Part shown: positions 12,301 through 28,620 of the stretch, one piece after another | Position numbering within the stretch: position 1 is the first letter of the stretch | Layout of the letters: every line of letters begins with the position of its first letter | From: Bispira polyomma | Lineage: Eukaryota | Direction of reading: 5' to 3' | NCBI GenBank assembly: GCA_965649765.1 | Contig: OZ287760.1 | Coordinates: 17,546,001 to 17,610,000 of the forward strand | DNA: 64,000 nt | Position numbers and translations under genes: made by a program | The notes under the pieces: generated by a model | The model's input: the letters and a program-made list of their open reading frames with translations, nothing else | What the model was told of the DNA's origin: nothing | Database searches by the model: none

Positions 12301-15300
12301 ATCTTTAACACGTTATATTGTTTTTTTCCCACACTTTACAATTTGTTAAAACAAATTTTCAAAAAAAGGGATACATAGACCTTTAATCATAAGAGATGTT
12401 GCTTTTTTCCATGGTGTGTATATATAAATACAGATATTTCGTTTGAAACTATTTAGTAAAAAATAGAGAGAAAAGAAATGTTGACACTTCATTTTTCAAA
12501 AAAATATAGAGTTCAGAGGTACACAGTGTGTGTGTAAATGAAAACGTTGGAGGCACTAGGTTTTTTAAGACACAAATTCCTTTAATTGGACACACAGAGA
12601 ATGAAGCCATAAATCAACGTACAGAGACCCAGCAATTTAACTTTTAAATTGTGATTCAAAACCTTAATGATACCCCCGAAAGCCATTAGTAGACGTCAGA
12701 AAATTCATTTATTTTCGTAGCCAGCCATTATTGCATTGCATTACAGACCCATCCTTAAATATAGAACAGAATCCTTTGAAGCCAGCGGAAAATGGAATAG
12801 ATTAGCGATAGTTTTCAGAGAGAGAGAGAGAAAAAAAAATTTTCGTTGCCGCCCATTCATCATTTCCCGACAGTTCATTTATTACATTATATCTTTGTTT
12901 CAATAATGAATCATCGACTTTATGACAGCTTCATCCAAATGGGTTTCGACTTTTTGAAATACCAAACGATTTTGAACACAAAAGTTTTGCTAGCACAATA
13001 TGGGGAGGTTTTTGGCCTTCCTCCATTTCTTTCTCTCTCTCTCTCTCTCTCTCTTGCACAAAGATCAATGCATTTGAAGTGACTATCATAACATACATTC
13101 AAGATCTTGTTTCTGATGATCACAGGCATTTTAAAGCATTATTAAATTACTCTCATAAATATACTATAAACACTCATATATATTTATATATATATCTATA
13201 TCTGATTCTCTGTAAAACTGATTTGTAAAACCAGCAGGGGAAAAAAGCAAGTTGGTAATCAGGTTTGACATGCTCAAACTCTTTTCAAACACTTTTCTTT
13301 TTATAACAAAAAAGAAAGGCTAGCTTTATAAAGGGAAGTCTTGTAGTATAAAATTTCACACTTTAAGGTGTGAACTACTTGCATATTCTAGCTATTAGAA
13401 AAGGTTATTAGTGCCAATAGGAACAAAAATGCCATTGATACAACAACACAGGCTTTGACTACAAAACGTCTATTTGCCTGCAGTTTATTCCACACCTACC
13501 CCCAAAGCTTTATTGCTCCCCATTGGTGTTTTATTGTCCCATTTATCGCCCACTAGTTGTTGGACTGCCCCAGTTTGTCTCTCTGACTCTCACTCAGTCC
13601 GTTTTAAAAAGGACAAGTCGTTAGAAAGCTCAAGGGTTCTGAAAGTCATGGGATTTTTTTGTTTTGAAGATGACCATGCCAGTACATTTGCCTCCACTCA
13701 GGTGGAAAACACAAATTTCTTAAGATTAAGTCCAATCAATAGATGATGCTAGTAGGAATAGAAAAAAAAGGGGAGGAGAAATGAAGAGGGGAGTCTTTGA
13801 CCTTGCATGTGATCCAGGCTTTAGAAACCAGAGATATCTGATTCCCCTATATTCTCCAGAGAAATTCTAGCTCAATCTTAATTCAATGTGTGGAAATCAT
13901 CTCTTTTACATGTTTATGAGAACATAACCTTATGAACATTCATTTTAATAGAGCTTTCAGTCCTGAATTCAAATATGCTCCCACATTCTATCTTTCTTCA
14001 TCCTAGGAGCCATAGATAAGGAGATTTCACATTTTAGCTTGTGTCGGACTTGGGCTTTAGCAGACGGCCACTGGAGTTCTGTAAGGAAGGAAAAATTCCT
14101 ATCTGTGCCTATTTTAGGGTGATCTTTACTGTCCACAATTTATTCAATATATATTTATAATTTGACAGTTAATTTTCCATAATTTGTTTTTATTTTTAAC
14201 AAGGTGATACTTTTTATCAATAAATATCTATTAATTTATATTGTGTATATCTCTAGTCATCTAGTTTTCTATGCATGTTGTTAAACTGTATATATGCTAC
14301 TTTTTTACCTCAATTTGATGATGTGGTAAATGGTTCCTCACAACACAAAATACTTATTTATGAAGAATTGACCAGGCGGCTCTCCCACCACACATGACTC
14401 ACAAAAACCAATAGCTTGATTGAGCTATCGAGGCTGACTGCCTTCAGAGGGAGGGCGACTGGGTGCTTTTGAATTCCACTTGATTACAGGAATTAGTTCC
14501 TATTGATTGAAGTGAATTCTGAGACCTAATACTCCTGTGAGTAGGTAGGGGGCTTCTCATACTTTACAATGTGCTGAAACTTTGAATCATTTTTTATCAT
14601 TGTAGAGAAACATCATCTGGTCAAATAGACACAACACCACACACTTCTTAGTATGTGTACATATATATATACACCAAAGACCAGAATATTTTTTATTTTT
14701 TCAATATTATATTTAAATTTTTGACACAAAGTCCTTACATGAGTCATGATTAAAGCACAAGCTTTTAAGATTAGGGCTAGCATTTGCAACGTTTTTAAGA
14801 ACTTGTTTCTTATTCTTCAAAGAAACTCAAACTTAGATTCAACTCTGTAGTGAAGGCCATGTGTAACTCGTACAAATCAAACTAACCTGTACCTGTGACC
14901 TATTTAAACTTAATAGAGCTTTCAATGCTGAATTTAAATATGCAGTTAGATTTTGTATTGATCTACATCCCAGTCAAAATGTACATATATGTAAAGTTCA
15001 GATTTATGCTTGCTTCTTAGGTGAGCTTGAGATTTTTGGAGAACAAAATCACATAACAAGAGAGCCTTGATCCAGCAGGGTCTCAACCCTCCAGATGACT
15101 CTATACGGATCTTCTTTCACCCTCTAGTTTTTGTAGCGGGGGGGGGGGAGACTTTTTTGTCCAGTGAGATTACTTTCTTTTCTCGTGGCATTGAAAGGGC
15201 TTGGCTGCCAATTCATTGCATGAAATTGGTCTCCATTTTTTATGCTGTAAGAATTTTCCTTTCAATAATTTTTTTGCCTCCACTCCTTTAATCTCCAAGA

Positions 15301-18300
15301 GTGTGTCCCTTAATTAACACGTTTTAGCAGTTATTTCTATTTTTGCTAATTAAATTTGAGTAAAAAAAATGATTGCAACTAATTTATCATGTCTTAGGTG
15401 TGAATAAAACAAGATGAGATGAGGATCAGCTCTGCCAAATGTAAATATTGGCTTATAAAAGCACACCAGCACCATGATAGATGTGAGTGTACCCAATGTA
15501 CAGTATGAGATATAATAGTGGAAAAGTGGGTCAGCTTTGATTTTTTTTGTGAGACAAATGTCCGTATAACTCATCGACTTGTCGCTTTGTAACTCAATGA
15601 TAATTTATTAAGTATTTTTTTATACCTCAGAAATTGAATGAAAGTTGTTCATCTGAATGAAGGAGTCATCATACATTATATGTACCATTCTCTTTAACTA
15701 TGAAACACACATTGACTTTTAATATAATAAAACGGTCAAAAGATAATGGAACTATAGAGTTTAGGTAGATATTAATGATGACCTTAAAAGAAACATTTTA
15801 AGATATTTTAGCTGAGAATATTTGAAGCATTAACATTTTATGGCTACCATTAGCATTTACTAATGCGAATTTTAATTAAAAAGGTAACTTCATGCAGCAG
15901 ATTTTAGATTTACTAAGATCCTTTTGATTCAATAAGATATTTTTAACCAATAGTCTTCGACCCCTGCAGGGTTATCTTTTCAGATACGAATTCAATTATA
16001 GCCCCACGCATAAAGGAGCTACCACTATAATACTACCAAGGGGTGGGTGATGTAGGTAACTGAGACTCTCTCTCTCTGGTCTGTAGTGTTTAACTCACCC
16101 CCCCCCCCCCCCTCTGATGGGGTCACAAGGGCAGGCTTCTCACACTTTGTACTATGCAAGTAAGAAATTCTCACTAGGATTAAATTGTAGCTATTTTACC
16201 TACTGGGATAATGAGTTCACAGTAAAAAATGTAAATTTGTATTAGTTTATAGTAAGTACAAAATAGTCCATGAGTGACAATTTATTCCTGCAAATTACTA
16301 AAGAATGTCAAATTAGTGCAAATTTCTTTAAGCTAAATTTTCCCACATATACCGTATGTCTTTTCATCACCCTTTTTCTCAAATGTTTAATAAAGTGCTT
16401 TGTTCCATTGTGTATATAATACAATGAAGCTAGCCAAATGTTTGAAATATTTATCACTCTGGGGTGAGGCATTTAGATACAAAAGAAAGGCTTTAATTTC
16501 TCACTGGTTGTTGATAAAAACGTAGAGCCCATATGCATCTGCATGAAACAGGTTAACCATGAAAATTATTCAGCCACATTGGCTCACATAGTATTCTATT
16601 TAAAGAAATAAGGCAAATATGCTCAATACTAAAAACCGTTTTGATAACGTGATAGCATTGCATAGGATGATTTTAATTTCCATGCAGAATGTTTCAATGA
16701 TAATTCTAGGTAATATTTTAACCACATAATGGAATTAATTCAAATATGGTTCACCATGTAACCAGGACAACAAGTTTACTGGCACAAAATATGTAAATGA
16801 GATGCAAATGAATCTGGTAAAAGTATTAGTAATTATTCTGAATATAAGACTGCATTTAAAATACCATTATCTGGTTTATTTTCGTAACAAATAAAAAAAA
16901 GGAAAAATCATAATTGCATTTTTTTATGTATCCAACCAATTTTCTTATCATGTGGTATGTGCAAAAATGACACATTATTAAAGGCGGTATATGCCATGGT
17001 AATGAACTTTGCATTCAAAATATTACCACATGATATACCTATACCTTTCTGATGGACTGATGCAACTATTAATTTATTTAAATCTGACTTTTTGAAAGAC
17101 CTGTGAACTTCATACTTCCACTTTTAAGGATGTACAAGTATTTAAAGATCAAATCCAGCTGTTATTTGGTACAAAATTACTCTAAGCAAGTATCATACTT
17201 TTTTAAACAAAAAATATTCTTCCAATTTAAACAGTATTTCAAACAACTACTGTAACATGGGAGGGGACAAAGCAAATCAATTTATTATGGATCCATGCAG
17301 TGTTTTTATTTGGTAATAACTGTACATACTGCAAACGATTGCAGGTCTAGCTAACTAGATTGCACTCACTGAGACATTCGTGGTGTTCACTTCTAAAAGC
17401 ATCATATGTTTACATAGTTTGTGTTACAAATGTTTTGTCGTTGTAAATCACTGGAAACTTGTGTTTTTATGCAACATAATCACTTGTACATGCATTTTGC
17501 CTGAGCTCTCTTAAGTGCTACTGATAATATATTACTGTTTATATCTGTCAGTTATTAAAAAACGGTTAAAGGAAAAAAATACTCAAGTGACATAACATTT
17601 CACAGTAGCGTTGTTTGGTTTGGGAAAATGAGGATTAAAAAATATTGAAAGAATTTGAAAATACAGTATCCTTTGTCTATGTGACAAAAGGTTACTCAAG
17701 CAGTACTCACTCCAACCATACACACACATCCACTATGTCTTATTATACTACCAATAGTTTAGGTCTCTGTGTAGTGTTTACCAGAGCATATCTCCCCCCC
17801 CCCCCTACCAGTGACCCCAACCCAGAGCAGGCCTGGTCCGCCTACCCACCCTCATCTGTCTTATGCTGTCAAAGACCCCCCCTACCCCCTCCCCTCTCTC
17901 TCTACACACACCCAGGCCTGATACTCGCCTCCCACCCCACCCCAACATCAAATATGCATGAGTAGGCAGGGCAGGGGGAAATTCAACCCTCAATGCACAA
18001 TGCTCATTATATTTAGACAAGGGAGCCAGGAATATCTTTTTTAAGAAACACTTAATAGGTAAAGCTTTTTTTGGTTCATTTGCTAATGCATAGCTACTGT
18101 AAAACATGTTATAGGTTCCAACACAAACAAGAAATAGCTGGTCATATCTCGTCTTAAGTGATTTAATATATAGAAACAGTTACAGGATATAACTAGTTAT
18201 AAATAGTTTTGTGTAGTTTTAAATCTTTTTTATTTTGTACAAATATTGCTGTTGTTTGGTTGTTATAAATTTTGGTACAAACTTGCAATATACATTTCTT

Positions 18301-18603
18301 TTTGATTCGGTGGAAATATATATTTATTTATCTATTTATTTATACATCGATTTATTCTAGAATTTAACTATAAAAACAATCCTTGTCCAAAGTGCAATTT
18401 TGACAGATGACAATGTCATCATCATGCCAATATTTATATTTATACTCTTCCTTAGATTTACTTTTCTGATAAAGTATTGAATGTATCCATATCTTAAGAT
18501 TAGAACAAAAACTTAAATCGATAATCTCTTATTTTTAGCTGAATTTTACGTCTCTGATGTTGCATATATTTTCATTTTATATTTTTATTTTCCCCTACAA
18601 AAT

Positions 18604-18640
<37 letters not shown>

Positions 18641-20690
18641 ACATAATTCGCGACTCAAATTATTTATTTATACATACAATAACTGGAATTAGACTAAAAA
18701 ACGGAGCGTTTCTGTCATATCCAAATTGGATTTATAACAGATGAGTCATCTTAATACCAACATTTATATTTATACTTTTGTATTTGGTACTTTCCTATTT
18801 ATCAGAAGCAGTGGATTGATCCTAAAACTCATTGGGAATCCCTTTTTTGACCAGAATTGTTTTTAGCCTCTCTTTTTTCCATATTTTCTCCATATAATGA
18901 GTAATTCATTTCACCTTCTCCCACTCTCCCTCTCACACTTTCAAATGCATCTCATTCCACTTAATCACTAAAGTTTGTTATTTTTTTCAATGGGTTTAAA
19001 ATTTCCAGTCTGTTTGTTAATGGAGATATTTCGTGACAAGACCTACTCTGATCTGTCTGATAGGAAATTCACACACCATGGTTTGTGAGGGGGGGAGACC
19101 AGTTATAGATAGGTACAGTTATTGATGTCAGTATTAAGCCGTGTTATTATTTTTACTTGGGCTAATGCAGCTTTTAATCAGTTGGTCTTACAAATAAAAA
19201 TTAACTTCATCAGTTAACAGCTGTGTTTTTTTCACTTGGAAGTCATAAGTTATCACAAAACCATAGAATCATATCAGCCATGTTTGAGTACATGCACTTC
19301 AGAGCTTTTGATACTTGTTATATACCATTGTAATATCATTATCTCTGTGCCAACTAAGAGTTAAAACTGAAGGCCAGTTGGATTTGTCTAAATATTATAT
19401 TTAGTAAATACTCTAACTTTTAAAAAATACACAGGACAATTATTCTTACTGTTGCCAAAAATAATATGCAACACTGGACAAACAGGACAAATTAAAGGCC
19501 TCATATCAACAACATATGAATCCAACATTGAATTAAGACACAGATAAAATCACAACAATTCCAATGATGGTGAAGCAGAGATATTGGCAATTTTAGAATG
19601 TGTAGGTAAAACAATTATCAAACAAAACCATTGTTCATATAAAAAGTATAAATTATATATACATATTGTAATAGTAGTGTATTTCTGACACCAAGTCTTC
19701 AGTACAAACCATCACTGTGTGATACAAACACTCACCATACATGTGAACTTGTGTACCACCAAACAAAACACTTTGTGCAATTGTTTTTTTAAAAGACACT
19801 GCTGTTTAAACTACTAATGCTATATTGGTCACAAAGACAGACACAACAGCTAAAAATACAAATCTGTAATATAGAAGTAAAACTAGATAATAAGTTATAA
19901 GTATATATTTTTTTTATGCATCTTAACTAAATTATTGCAATTTATGGAACCTTTTTGCCAAAACAAAACAACAAAATCTACTTCAGTAATCAGAGTACAT
20001 TGAGTAAAATGCTTGATAAAAACTTTAAATGCTAAAATACTTGGACCAGAGCTATAAGGAAATGTGAATGATGCATACAAATTCTATACCATAAGTCATA
20101 TATCTATATGTAAAACATCAATTGACTTGAGTAGCAGATGAATTATGGTATATGGCTTAGGCCTCGCAGTCAAAACATACTTTATGACAACACACAGTGA
20201 AAGATTTGTGTATGACACAAGCTTCGGGGGCAAAAAGGAACCCATCTAATAGAGGTCACGTGTAGAAACCATCAAACAGCCATAATAGATACATAAATAC
20301 ATCATAACTTGGGTTTTTTACACCATGTAATGGATGCCAATATGTATATACACATGTACCGGTATGGTACTTGTACGAAAAAAGAGAAAGCTTGTCACTT
20401 GTTTTTGCCTCAATGGTAAACTGAACTCAAAGGATATATTGCTCAGCCTTAAAAAGTGTTATGATGCATTTGTTGTGTTACAATTCTCTTTGGGCTGACA
20501 AGAAAGATATGGTGAGGTTTTGTTATTGTATAGATCTATTCTATTATCAACACAAATTGAGAGAATGTCTCGAGGAAGTTTATGTACAATTGAGGATGTC
20601 AGTGTTGCCTTTCATTGGAAATTGCAAAGAAATCTACAGTAGTTTTTGCTATATATATATATATATTGTGGACTCTTTTTCAATACGAAA

Positions 20691-20694
<4 letters not shown>

Positions 20695-20766
<72 letters not shown>
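20695..20766. repeat. compound (CT)n(AT)n microsatellite
   Basis: Direct reading. Confidence 0.95.
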
Positions 20767-20769
<3 letters not shown>

Positions 20770-21450
20770 CTAATCATACTCCCATCATCACTCTCGTTTA
20801 CAATGATTTATTACTATAGGTATTCTAAACAATATATAAAAAGAACTAAAATATTTCTTCTGATTTTTGAATTAATAAATTTGTCAATGTAGTATTTATT
20901 GCAAACAAACAGAAAGTAATATCCACTATATATTGTCTGATTATAGTTCAATCATCACTGTTGGTAACTATTTATGACAAAATATCTATGCGTTGAATTC
21001 TGGTAGCTGATTTATTATTTTCTATTCCAAACTAGAGATATTTCTTCTGTTTTTAAATTTATAAATCTGTCAATGTAGTCCTTTTTGCCAAATAGACAAC
21101 AAATAAGTGAACAAGTATCTTCTATATATTGTCTCATCATAGTGGTTCCATCTTGGTTACTCTGTTTGAAAAAAGACTTTGAGAAAGTATTCAATATTCT
21201 TAGCGGATTTATTATTAGCTATCCTAACCAATATAACCAACCATAAATGAAATAATTCTTCTTTTTTTCTCAATTCGGTTAGCTGATTTATTGTTGGTTG
21301 GTTGGTTGGTTATTGTAACCAATATAACCAACCATACATCAAATATTTCTATCTTTTTTTTTCTCTCTAAATTCTGTTATTTACTGTTTTTATTCTAATA
21401 AATATAACCAATCATGAATAAAATGTGTCTTTCATTTCTAAATTATGTTT
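20760..21450. repeat. degenerate tandem repeat (~190-bp and shorter units)
   Basis: Recurrent ATATTTCTTCTG...ATAAAT.TGTCAATGTAGT, TATATATTGTCT.AT.ATA, GCTGATTTATT and AACCAATATA motifs. Confidence 0.6.
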
Positions 21451-24400
21451 GCTTCGAAACTCGAGTTGTACTTCTTTAATCCCCCAGAAAATCAGTCAGA
21501 AATTTTCCACAACGTCCACATACAGAAACACAAATTTTGGTAGTTAACTTCTCATTCACTAGATGTCGCATCTGAGCTGTGGGTTATAGGTACCTCAAGT
21601 CTAAACTGTTTTAGCAGTCACCTGCATTCATATTTGTATTTTTATTTTGTCCTTCTTAAACCTAAATTTCGTTTATTCTAAAGTTTCTTGTTTACTTTTT
21701 ACGTAATTTTTTTGGGGGGGGGTCAGATTAATTGTGGGTAAAAAAAATGGTGTGTCCTTGACACAATGGTTTTTTATTTCTCTCTCATGTTGTCCCCTTT
21801 ATCGCTCTCCCACTGACAGTGACAAATCCCTCACTCTATGCTAACTAACTTTAGTCCAGAACTACCTTTGAGCCTTCTCTATTAACCCACATAGCTTTAG
21901 TAGCCCAGGCCCCCTTCTCCTTGTGTGCCTTCAAGAAAAAAATTCGTTTCTGCGTAAAGTTTATGGATTTGCACCAATCTCACCACTGCTTTCCCCTCCC
22001 TAAAGTTGGTTATAAGTTGATTGAGCAAACCTCCAGTGTTACTAACTCGGCCTTGAGGAAAAATAACTGTACTAGCCTTTCACAAGTTGTATGTTTATAT
22101 AAATATATATTTTAACTCACAAAACCTAAAGTGACAATGTCTTGTCCAGACAGTACAGACCTATGTGACCTTATTTGGGTATTTGCAATTGCATGCTTAC
22201 TACACATACATATATCTACAACTACAATTACTAGTTACAATGTCATCAAAGCAAAAGAAGTACTTGTCTTGGGCTTGTCCTCCATCTTTACCCTGGTATA
22301 AATTTATATTGTGAAGGGGAAATATTCACAAACAATCTTGGAATACAATTCTTGGACATTTTCTTTGCCAATTAGATTTGTTTTGAACACTAATTTATTG
22401 GGAGTTTTTTTGCAAGTACAATGAGTAAACACAAGGCTCCTGGTCACACACATCCGCCCTGGATAAGGCTATTGGGGCATACACAAAATCTCATTGATAT
22501 CGCTATATCTCTCTCTATATGTGTGGCCTTCAAACATAGTTAATCAATAGGTTAAAAAAAACCTCCTCAGATCTAACAGCTTCTGCCATTTATCTCACCA
22601 GTTAGGTGTGACTCGGTGTAACATTTAGTTTTTTTCTCAGTTAATAATGATTCATACCAAGGTCACACTATACCTCCCCCCCCCTGCCTCCCCACTCCCT
22701 TCTTTTTGTCTATATATAACGAACTCTTGTCATTTTCTCCAAATTAACCAGAAATATTTGTGTGGCCCCAACAGCTTTTGTTTGAGACAGAATGAGTTCC
22801 TTTCCCCAGGCAGAAAAAAGGGCCACTCACACAAATGCTTATTCAACACAATTTACCTCAAGGTTGGTCCATTTGGCCACATCATAAAACCCCATTATAT
22901 AAGACAGAGGTCAGGTTCCCCCTATCTCTCCCTATAACATCCAATTGCACTACAATCCCCCCCCCCCCTTGATCAAGACAGCCCCAACTGTTTTTTTGTA
23001 AATATGATTGATGCTTGCTACATAACTGGATGTAGGTAAAAATAATAACTGTTACGAGTGGTATAGTAGTGTTGTTTAGTTTCTCTTTGAATTTTCTTGT
23101 CCCACAATCATTGTCCTGATGGGACAGTGGGTTTAATAGTTGTAACATTTTCTACATCTCGTCTGACTATTCAAATGTTTGAAAATTTATGTATGCAAAT
23201 AATATGCAAATATATATAGAGAGAGAGCAACAACTACTGATGATGCATTTTGTGTTAAATGATATTTGTAAACAGCAAAAAGCCCCCCCAAAATAGGAAA
23301 AAGATAAGATTAGTTCTATACCAATTAAAAAATGATGATTTCTGCAATTAGCATTGAAGTAAAGATTTTTCTAATTGTCAATTTTTTCTCCAAATGGTGT
23401 GAAGTACAATATTAATGAGGCAATAATTTTTGGGTCGCCTATTTCATCAGAACAAAGTGTACTGTATAACTGGGTTATTGTAAAGTTGTGCTTGCTGAAA
23501 TGTTTTATTAACTAATGTTCTTAAACTAAATCAATTATTTTCTCAATTACATTGTTAAATAAGCACTGGTAGTACAATACCTGATGAAGCATTATTGGTG
23601 AAAAATTTTATCAACTTATAATATTCAAGTGAAACTATCTTCCAGTTCATGAAACTTCAAACATCAGAATATAATTTTAGTTAAAATATTTCTTTGACAA
23701 ACACCAGTTAGTAAATAGCAAGCTGATATTTCTTGTTTATCTTGAGTTTGTGCTCAGTGAAAAGAGGAATGTGTAGCAGTCAATGGACAATTCTGATGAA
23801 AACCAATGGCTTAAAAAAAGTCATAACGCCTTCCTTTCAGTTTAACTCTGAACGAATACATAATGATGTTACCACAACGTTCGCCACAGGTCGTGATGCC
23901 CTGTAGTGGGACGTTATGGTAGCCTTTATCAACTAAGACTAATGTACTCCAGTATGTTGTCTAAATGAATACAGATTGGGGAGGAAATTATAAATATTGG
24001 ATGTTTTTGATAGTAAATATTGTACAATGACATTGAAACAAGAATACAAGAACTTATTCAAGAGCCAATATTCTTTTGTTCAATTTCAATAAATACATCT
24101 ACTAACTGTGTTCTATGCTGGTCTTTTGGTTTATTGATTTTGTATAGTATAAGAGACATGACAAGACATACACTTATCTAAACTAGTGTAAATTTCTTTG
24201 GATTATGCCATGAGCTTTAGCCCTTTATCCACAAATGAAGGACAAATTAGAAGATTGATAAAGGAAACCATTTTTACACCAGTTTAATAGTAATTTAGAA
24301 AGTGGTAAACATTTGTTTTGTGGTGGGCAAGGATATAGCATAGATGTATGTATTTGGTAAATTATAAGATATAAGTAAGATATGCTAGGTGTCCTAGATC

Positions 24401-27400
24401 ATAAGATGCCTCTTGGTTAATGTTTAATTTTAAATGTTAAATGTATTTAAGATTTCCCACAAACGTTGGACCTTACAGAGATCTGGCTGTGACTAATGTT
24501 TATCTTAGTTGGAAGGTATATAAAAATATATTATTATGTAAATTAACCTTCCTCTTGCTACTGCAGTAGAGCCTACTATATTACCTAAACATGTTCAGAC
24601 AGCAAGATTGTGTTTAGATAATAGCAGGCATTTCAGAGGCATTTCAGTACAAGTCAATAGCAAAACAATAAGTCCGGGGAGAGTGAAAATGAGGTAATAC
24701 AATTGAATATAGATGTCCTGTTGTGTATCATACGTTTCTGAGTATACCATCAGATGGAGTCTTTCCCTTTTACAAACCATATGCACTGTACTCCTAGGCT
24801 GCTTAAACTGATACTCAACTCAAATCTCGATTCTTTAATAATAACTATGGATACATTAAACAAATCGTAAACCACAATTCATATTTTAATTCTCTATTGA
24901 AACGAATGGTCACAAGTATAAGTTATATTTTCATGTAAAATGATTTCCACATATAGACTATATTTGAGTTTAAAGAAGAAGCATGAATTGAATTCCAGTC
25001 CTGATCCTGATATACCAGTAGCACTGGCATGGTGGTGTTGGTATTGGTGGTAGGGGAGTATAAGTCCATCCATCAGCCTGAGGCTATGATCCAGGGCCAA
25101 CTCTCACATATGGAGGAGTGTGATGGATCACTGTCCTACACTACTACACAGCTAGAGAGTTTGTTTGTAAATTACAGTGACTGGAAACCATTAAAACCCT
25201 TAAAAAATGCCCTTCACGAGAAGGATGAAGCACAGAGCTAAATGCTATGTATAATGTCTATATAATCATCATCTATAGCGTCACTTATGGCACAGAATAT
25301 CTTATGGTAAAGATTATGTTTGATGAATCTTGTGAAGCTGTTGAATGTCCAAATGTTATAAGCTTGGTTTTACCAAAACCTTTTTGCACTGACAAATATG
25401 ACGCATACTTGTCACTTAAAATTTGATATATACACTAAACTTGCCAGGCATGTTTAGCACATATTTTGCTTACTACATATTTGCCACTTTTCATATTATC
25501 ATATCTACATATTTACTATCATAAGTGGATATGTTTTTGTCTTATTTGAGCTCACAAAAGTGTATTACCATGAGTTAACTTGCACTGGTATGTGAATACC
25601 GACTGCCCTTGTACATGTAAGATAGCATGGTTATGTGTTTATGTACAGACAGAACTGTGTAAAACATGCATATGGGTATAACAAAAGACAACTGGTCAAA
25701 CTCTTGAGACAACAGGTTCAAATCAAATTGTATGTCTTATTATTACACAGGACAACGTTTTTGGAGTTCCTATAATATTAACTAATGTATGTGGTGTATG
25801 CTGGAGTAACTATTTATGTGAATATTATATTTAGACCAAGAGAAAGTCTCGCTGTATGCAGATGACACTACATCTTTGCAACTCAACCGCAGTTGCTTCA
25901 GTTTCAATAATGTACTCATGTATGTCCATTCTAGCCAGCTAATGTATATTGCAGAACGTTTTGTCCTGCAGCAGTATTCTGGATCTGCTTTCGTCTTACT
26001 GTCACATTTCAATTTTTGGCTTAGCAGATTTTACTAAGTTATATTGATGGACCTTCAAAATTAAGGCTAAGTTTATATTAATTTGTAATCCCCGTATCTT
26101 ATCATGAATAAGGAACTGGTGTATAACAGATTACATGGACTGTTTCCGCAGACATGTACACACAAATGCTAGTTCCTGCATAGAGTCAAACCTGTATTTC
26201 AGGATAATGTCACTGTTTCAGCCAGAAAAATGGTAGCAAATATATTGTACCATATATGCTAACATAATATGTGACCATGAATAGAAAAGTTTGCATTATA
26301 TTTCCTTTGTAAAGAAGGACAACTCAATTTAGTAAACTATAAAAGAAGCATTACAACATTATGTATATATGCAAAAGCCTCCTTCATTACGTCATGTCTT
26401 TCAGAATAATAAAAAAATGGACAATGTACTTTGGTACTGTCTATGCCGTTTTTATATTTGTTTTATTCATATATCTGAATATACAATTACAAAAGTGTGG
26501 GCAATAGAAACTGAATTTTACAATGAATAAAATTACAGTTAAAAAATAAAAACGCACAAACCTGAAAAAAACAACTTCAATCTGTACACTCAGAATTATT
26601 AATCAGTGTAATCTCGTCTCTATTGAAAATTACATAATTATTTTGTTATTTTAGAGTTAACATATCTCGTATTATTTCGAGAGCAGCTGGTATTCTAATA
26701 TTAACATAACATTTCCCCTTATTTTTTTGGTTAAATTAAACATTTTTTTTTTTGTTTGATTTTTTTAACACAGCATTTATGACATGTAATTTAGTGACAG
26801 ACTACCACTGCTAATTATAAGCAATGTTTATTAAATATATTATTAGAACCCACTTATGATGCAATATATTTAAATACACTTTGATGCATCGAAAGGAGTG
26901 AGCATCCTGTGTCCTTTATATTTATATTAACTTTCATAGATATTTCCCTAAAAGTTAGACTTCATGAACTCTTCGTAAGGTGGGATTGCAAAGCAACAAA
27001 AAATACTTGCCAGGGGGTGTTGTATTTGCAAACATTCTTACAAGAATAAAAGTCCAAGAATTTTCTTAAGCTCAGCCAGTGGAATACTTTGAATAAATTT
27101 ACATTATTATTTCAAGCCAATCAAATTGGTTGAGACAATAATTAATTATGAAATGGAATCTTTGTGAGTACTACCAGCTCAGTTTTATGTATATACTAGC
27201 TTGCATGGACTGGGTGACATATTTTGGACATAAACAAATCCATTTTCCTTTAATATTGAGGTTAAATGAACCTATATGTTCAGGTCGCAACAACATATGG
27301 TATAAAAACACTTTGGTGTAATATTAGATTTCATCCTAAAAGTAGAAATAATCTGCCCTTTTTCCTGTGAGAGGATGGTTTTAATACTTTATACATCTAG

Positions 27401-27499
27401 TCTGTCATCTTGGTGACATTATATTTGAGGATTTTCAATATCATGAGCTTGCCAATTTTTACCAATTAGACACCAACAGTTAAAAAAAACAAAATATAA

Positions 27500-28620
27500 A
27501 ACAGATGTGAAATATTATTTAGTTTCAAATACTGATATGTCTTTTGATGGCAATAATATTTTTCTTGGCATATGGTTTAAATTTGTTCCTTAAAATGTGC
27601 AAAATCTATGCAACAAATTACAAAAATAATGCGATAACAAGCGTGTGCTGAATATGCTTTCAACAATTTCTGTATTTGTATTGCAAGAAATAAACATTAT
27701 AAATAGACACTTCCTTGGATTGTTTAAATATTTATTGAATATGTTAGATAACAAGTTGTGTTTATGTATTTCATATGTACTTTTATTTCTAACCAATCAA
27801 GTTTGTCCAAATATGATTACATCATTATCTTTTTATAAGATGTCATATAATTGGTCAGTATGAAGTTCCTTAGGCTTAAGATTATATATTATTGTAAAAT
27901 AGGCTTCTTGGTCTGATGAAGATAATATTCTTCAATTTGTAAAGTTGGTGATATTTAATGTTCTTTCAACTTATACAGATGTAAATATGTAATGTTCTTT
28001 TCAACTTGTAAAACTGTAAAATATTTGATGCAGTAAGTTCTTTTTTGACTTTCCATTTGCTAGAAAAGTTATTATGTTTGTTTCAGTGATTTGAAAATGT
28101 GCAAATTTGTGTTTTTTTGTTATTGATTGCAAATTCTTAGCACGAATACTCTTTACATAGTCCCTGATGCCTCCTCTTTGTACCTTTATAAATGATCCAT
28201 ATTTTTATTCTGTAGCCATATCAACCTCTTCAAATCTCTGTCTCCAGCTTATATAAATGCCATGGTAGAAAGTCCAATTTGGTAGAATTTCAAATTATGT
28301 TTATTCTAGGAATATAAAAATCAAATTGTATTTTATATTACTGACTCAATACTCTTTTTATCAAAAATAAGATCACTTTGTCAAAGTATCTTATATTTTA
28401 CTGACGAAGAAATTATTGATATTGTAAAAATACTGGAAATCATGTTGTTTTCCACAGTTTAAATATGATAAGATAGTTGATGCAATTGTTGCCAATATAT
28501 ACTCTGTAAAAGTTTGTTATACCCCATAACATCTTGAAACAACATTAATTACTCAAAGTATCTTTTAGTATATGGCAATGTACTGCATTTTGTAAAACAA
28601 TAAAACATGAATCACAAGTT
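27500..28620 (-). mobile_element. possible highly decayed LINE (L2/CR1-group) reverse-transcriptase remnant
   Basis: Minus-strand frame fragments (DKLDWLEIKV; HKHNLLSNIFNKYLNNPRKCL) loosely resemble C-terminal L2/Crack ORF2 motifs. There are many stops and frameshifts. Confidence 0.25.
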
